From: Candidatus Eiseniibacteriota bacterium
GTDB taxonomy: Bacteria > Eisenbacteria > RBG-16-71-46
DNA length: 12,734 bases
Direction: 5' to 3'
Assembly: GCA_031366795.1 (NCBI GenBank)
Contig: JANLOX010000320.1
Coordinates: 1 to 12,734, forward strand
A program made the translations under genes and the position numbers. Below, one piece after another: positions 11,802 to 12,734 of the stretch (position 1 is its first letter; every line of letters begins with the position of its first letter). Below the pieces are notes generated by a model. The model searched no databases, had not been told where the DNA came from, and saw only the letters and a program-made list of their open reading frames with translations.

Positions 11802-12575
11802 ATGAGCGGCGTGCGATGCTGGATCGCCGCCGCTCTCGTGATCGCAACCTGCTGCACCGCGAGTGTGAGCGCCCGGGCAACCGAACCGTGCGCGCAGGTT
11901 GTTTCGTACTTCATGTACCCGGACCAAGCATCTGCGCTCAAGCAGCATGAATGGCGGATCTGCGATCCGTCGCACGGCGGCGATGCGCTGTTCCTCGCCA
12001 ACGCCGGCGGCTTCGACGAAGTGCGGTGGGACACGAACTTCAGGACCGCGTGGTACCGCTCGGGGCTAACGCTCTATGCGGTCGACTGGAAGCGCGGCGC
12101 CAAGTCGAAGCCGATCTGCACCCTGCCCGAGATCAAGAGCCCCGTTGATTGGTGGTTCAATCCCGACAGCGCGTGTTGGCAATACGGCTCGGCGGCCATG
12201 TTCGACAGCGGTGGGGCCAGGCTGCATTTCGCGTGCGAACTGTGGCAATCCTCGCGCGATTTCAGGCATTGGCGGCGGATTCGATCCGATACGCTCGAAT
12301 GCGAGTCCGGCGAGTGCGACGAATGGTCGTGGACCGAAGGGGAGTGGGCGCGGCATGCGCCGGCCATCTCGCCCAGGGATCTCGCCGACTGCGGAACAGT
12401 GCTCTGGGGGACCGAAGAGCACTTGATGGTCGTGGACGACGCCCGCGGAAAGATGGTGATCTCCCAGCCTCGGAATTCGAACGCCGCGGTCTGGGTGCAG
12501 GCGCCGCGCCATCAGCGTGCGCCAGCCACCTCGCGCCCCCCGCCCCGCTTGTCAGGACGCTCCCCGTCCCAGTAG
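11802..12575 (+). CDS. Secreted hypothetical protein, Trp/Cys-rich, 257 aa
   Basis: The ATG directly abuts the GNAT stop (TAG-ATG), which suggests translational coupling. It has a signal-peptide-like N-terminus (..IAAALVIATCCTASVSA/RA) and protein-like composition. I do not recognise the family. Confidence 0.7.
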   Translation: MSGVRCWIAAALVIATCCTASVSARATEPCAQVVSYFMYPDQASALKQHEWRICDPSHGGDALFLANAGGFDEVRWDTNFRTAWYRSGLTLYAVDWKRGAKSKPICTLPEIKSPVDWWFNPDSACWQYGSAAMFDSGGARLHFACELWQSSRDFRHWRRIRSDTLECESGECDEWSWTEGEWARHAPAISPRDLADCGTVLWGTEEHLMVVDDARGKMVISQPRNSNAAVWVQAPRHQRAPATSRPPPRLSGRSPSQ

Positions 12576-12578
12576 CCT
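12549..12578 (+). promoter_or_regulatory. Probable sigma70-type promoter of the tRNA gene
   Basis: TTGTCA (12549-12554, 5/6 match to TTGACA), an 18-nt spacer, then TAGCCT (12573-12578, TAnnnT), 53 nt upstream of the tRNA. Confidence 0.55.
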
Positions 12579-12591
12579 GTTCCCCGAAGTC

Positions 12592-12616
12592 CGGCGGGCC
12601 CGCCTACGGCCCGCCG
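12592..12616 (+). terminator. GC-rich hairpin upstream of the tRNA (terminator-like or tRNA-leader structure)
   Basis: Perfect 9-bp stem CGGCGGGCC/GGCCCGCCG with a 7-nt loop, extendable by GTC/GAC, followed by a weak CTTTGCTT tail. Confidence 0.45.
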
Positions 12617-12631
12617 CGACCTTTGCTTCGC

Positions 12632-12721
12632 GGAGAGGTGTCCGAGCGGTTGAAGGAGCACGATTGGAAATCGTGTAGGGGTTAAAATCCCTCGAGGGTT
12701 CGAATCCCTCTCTCTCCGCCA
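12632..12721 (+). tRNA. tRNA-Ser (anticodon GGA), 90 nt, CCA encoded
   Basis: Acceptor stem GGAGAGG/TCTCTCC, discriminator G, then CCA. D arm TCC..GGA. Anticodon stem CACGA/TCGTG with loop TT-GGA-AA (GGA at 12666-12668). Long variable arm AGGGG-TTAAAA-TCCCT. T arm GAGGG-TTCGAAT-CCCTC. Confidence 0.98.
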
Positions 12722-12734
12722 TTTTTCAACACGC

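Noticed and set aside
12149..12685. 178-aa ORF running into the tRNA
   Set aside because: It overlaps both the better-supported 257-aa CDS and the tRNA gene, and its tail is simply translated tRNA.
12632..12721. tRNA-Sec or suppressor/recoding tRNA because of the long variable arm
   Set aside because: The anticodon is GGA with a 7-bp acceptor stem, 5-bp T stem and G73, i.e. an ordinary class II tRNA-Ser.
1..12734. CRISPR array, IS/transposase, integrase, diversity-generating retroelement or defence system
   Set aside because: I saw no regularly spaced nucleotide repeats, no near-identical TR/VR pair, and no RT, recombinase or nuclease motifs. The repeats present are diverged protein-level modules.

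Overview
GC-rich bacterial window (roughly two-thirds G+C by eye) with six credible CDSs and one tRNA. It starts inside a giant (>1750 aa, 5'-truncated) secreted protein. This protein has 10 strictly alternating ASH/choice-of-anchor-D and BACON-like Ig modules, two of them interrupted by an inserted MAM-like or NIDO-like domain, and ends in a FlgD-Ig/T9SS-type-A-like C-terminal domain. Converging on it is a minus-strand run of three genes: a fused membrane/spermidine-synthase-like SAM-binding protein, a lipoprotein with an NTF2-like core and a C-terminal WGxxKxxY motif, and a secreted Kelch + 2xIPT/TIG + FN3-like protein with a T9SS-like CTD. Divergent from these are a RimJ/RimL-type GNAT, a coupled secreted Trp/Cys-rich hypothetical protein and tRNA-Ser(GGA). 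The protein styles suggest an FCB-group organism such as Ca. Eisenbacteria (inference only). I found no mobile element, CRISPR array or defence system, and I cannot demonstrate a new multi-gene system. The best leads are a strand-asymmetric structured RNA element filling the intergenic region before the Kelch gene's RBS, the WGxxKxxY putative sorting motif, and the cassette-like domain-insertion architecture of the giant protein.
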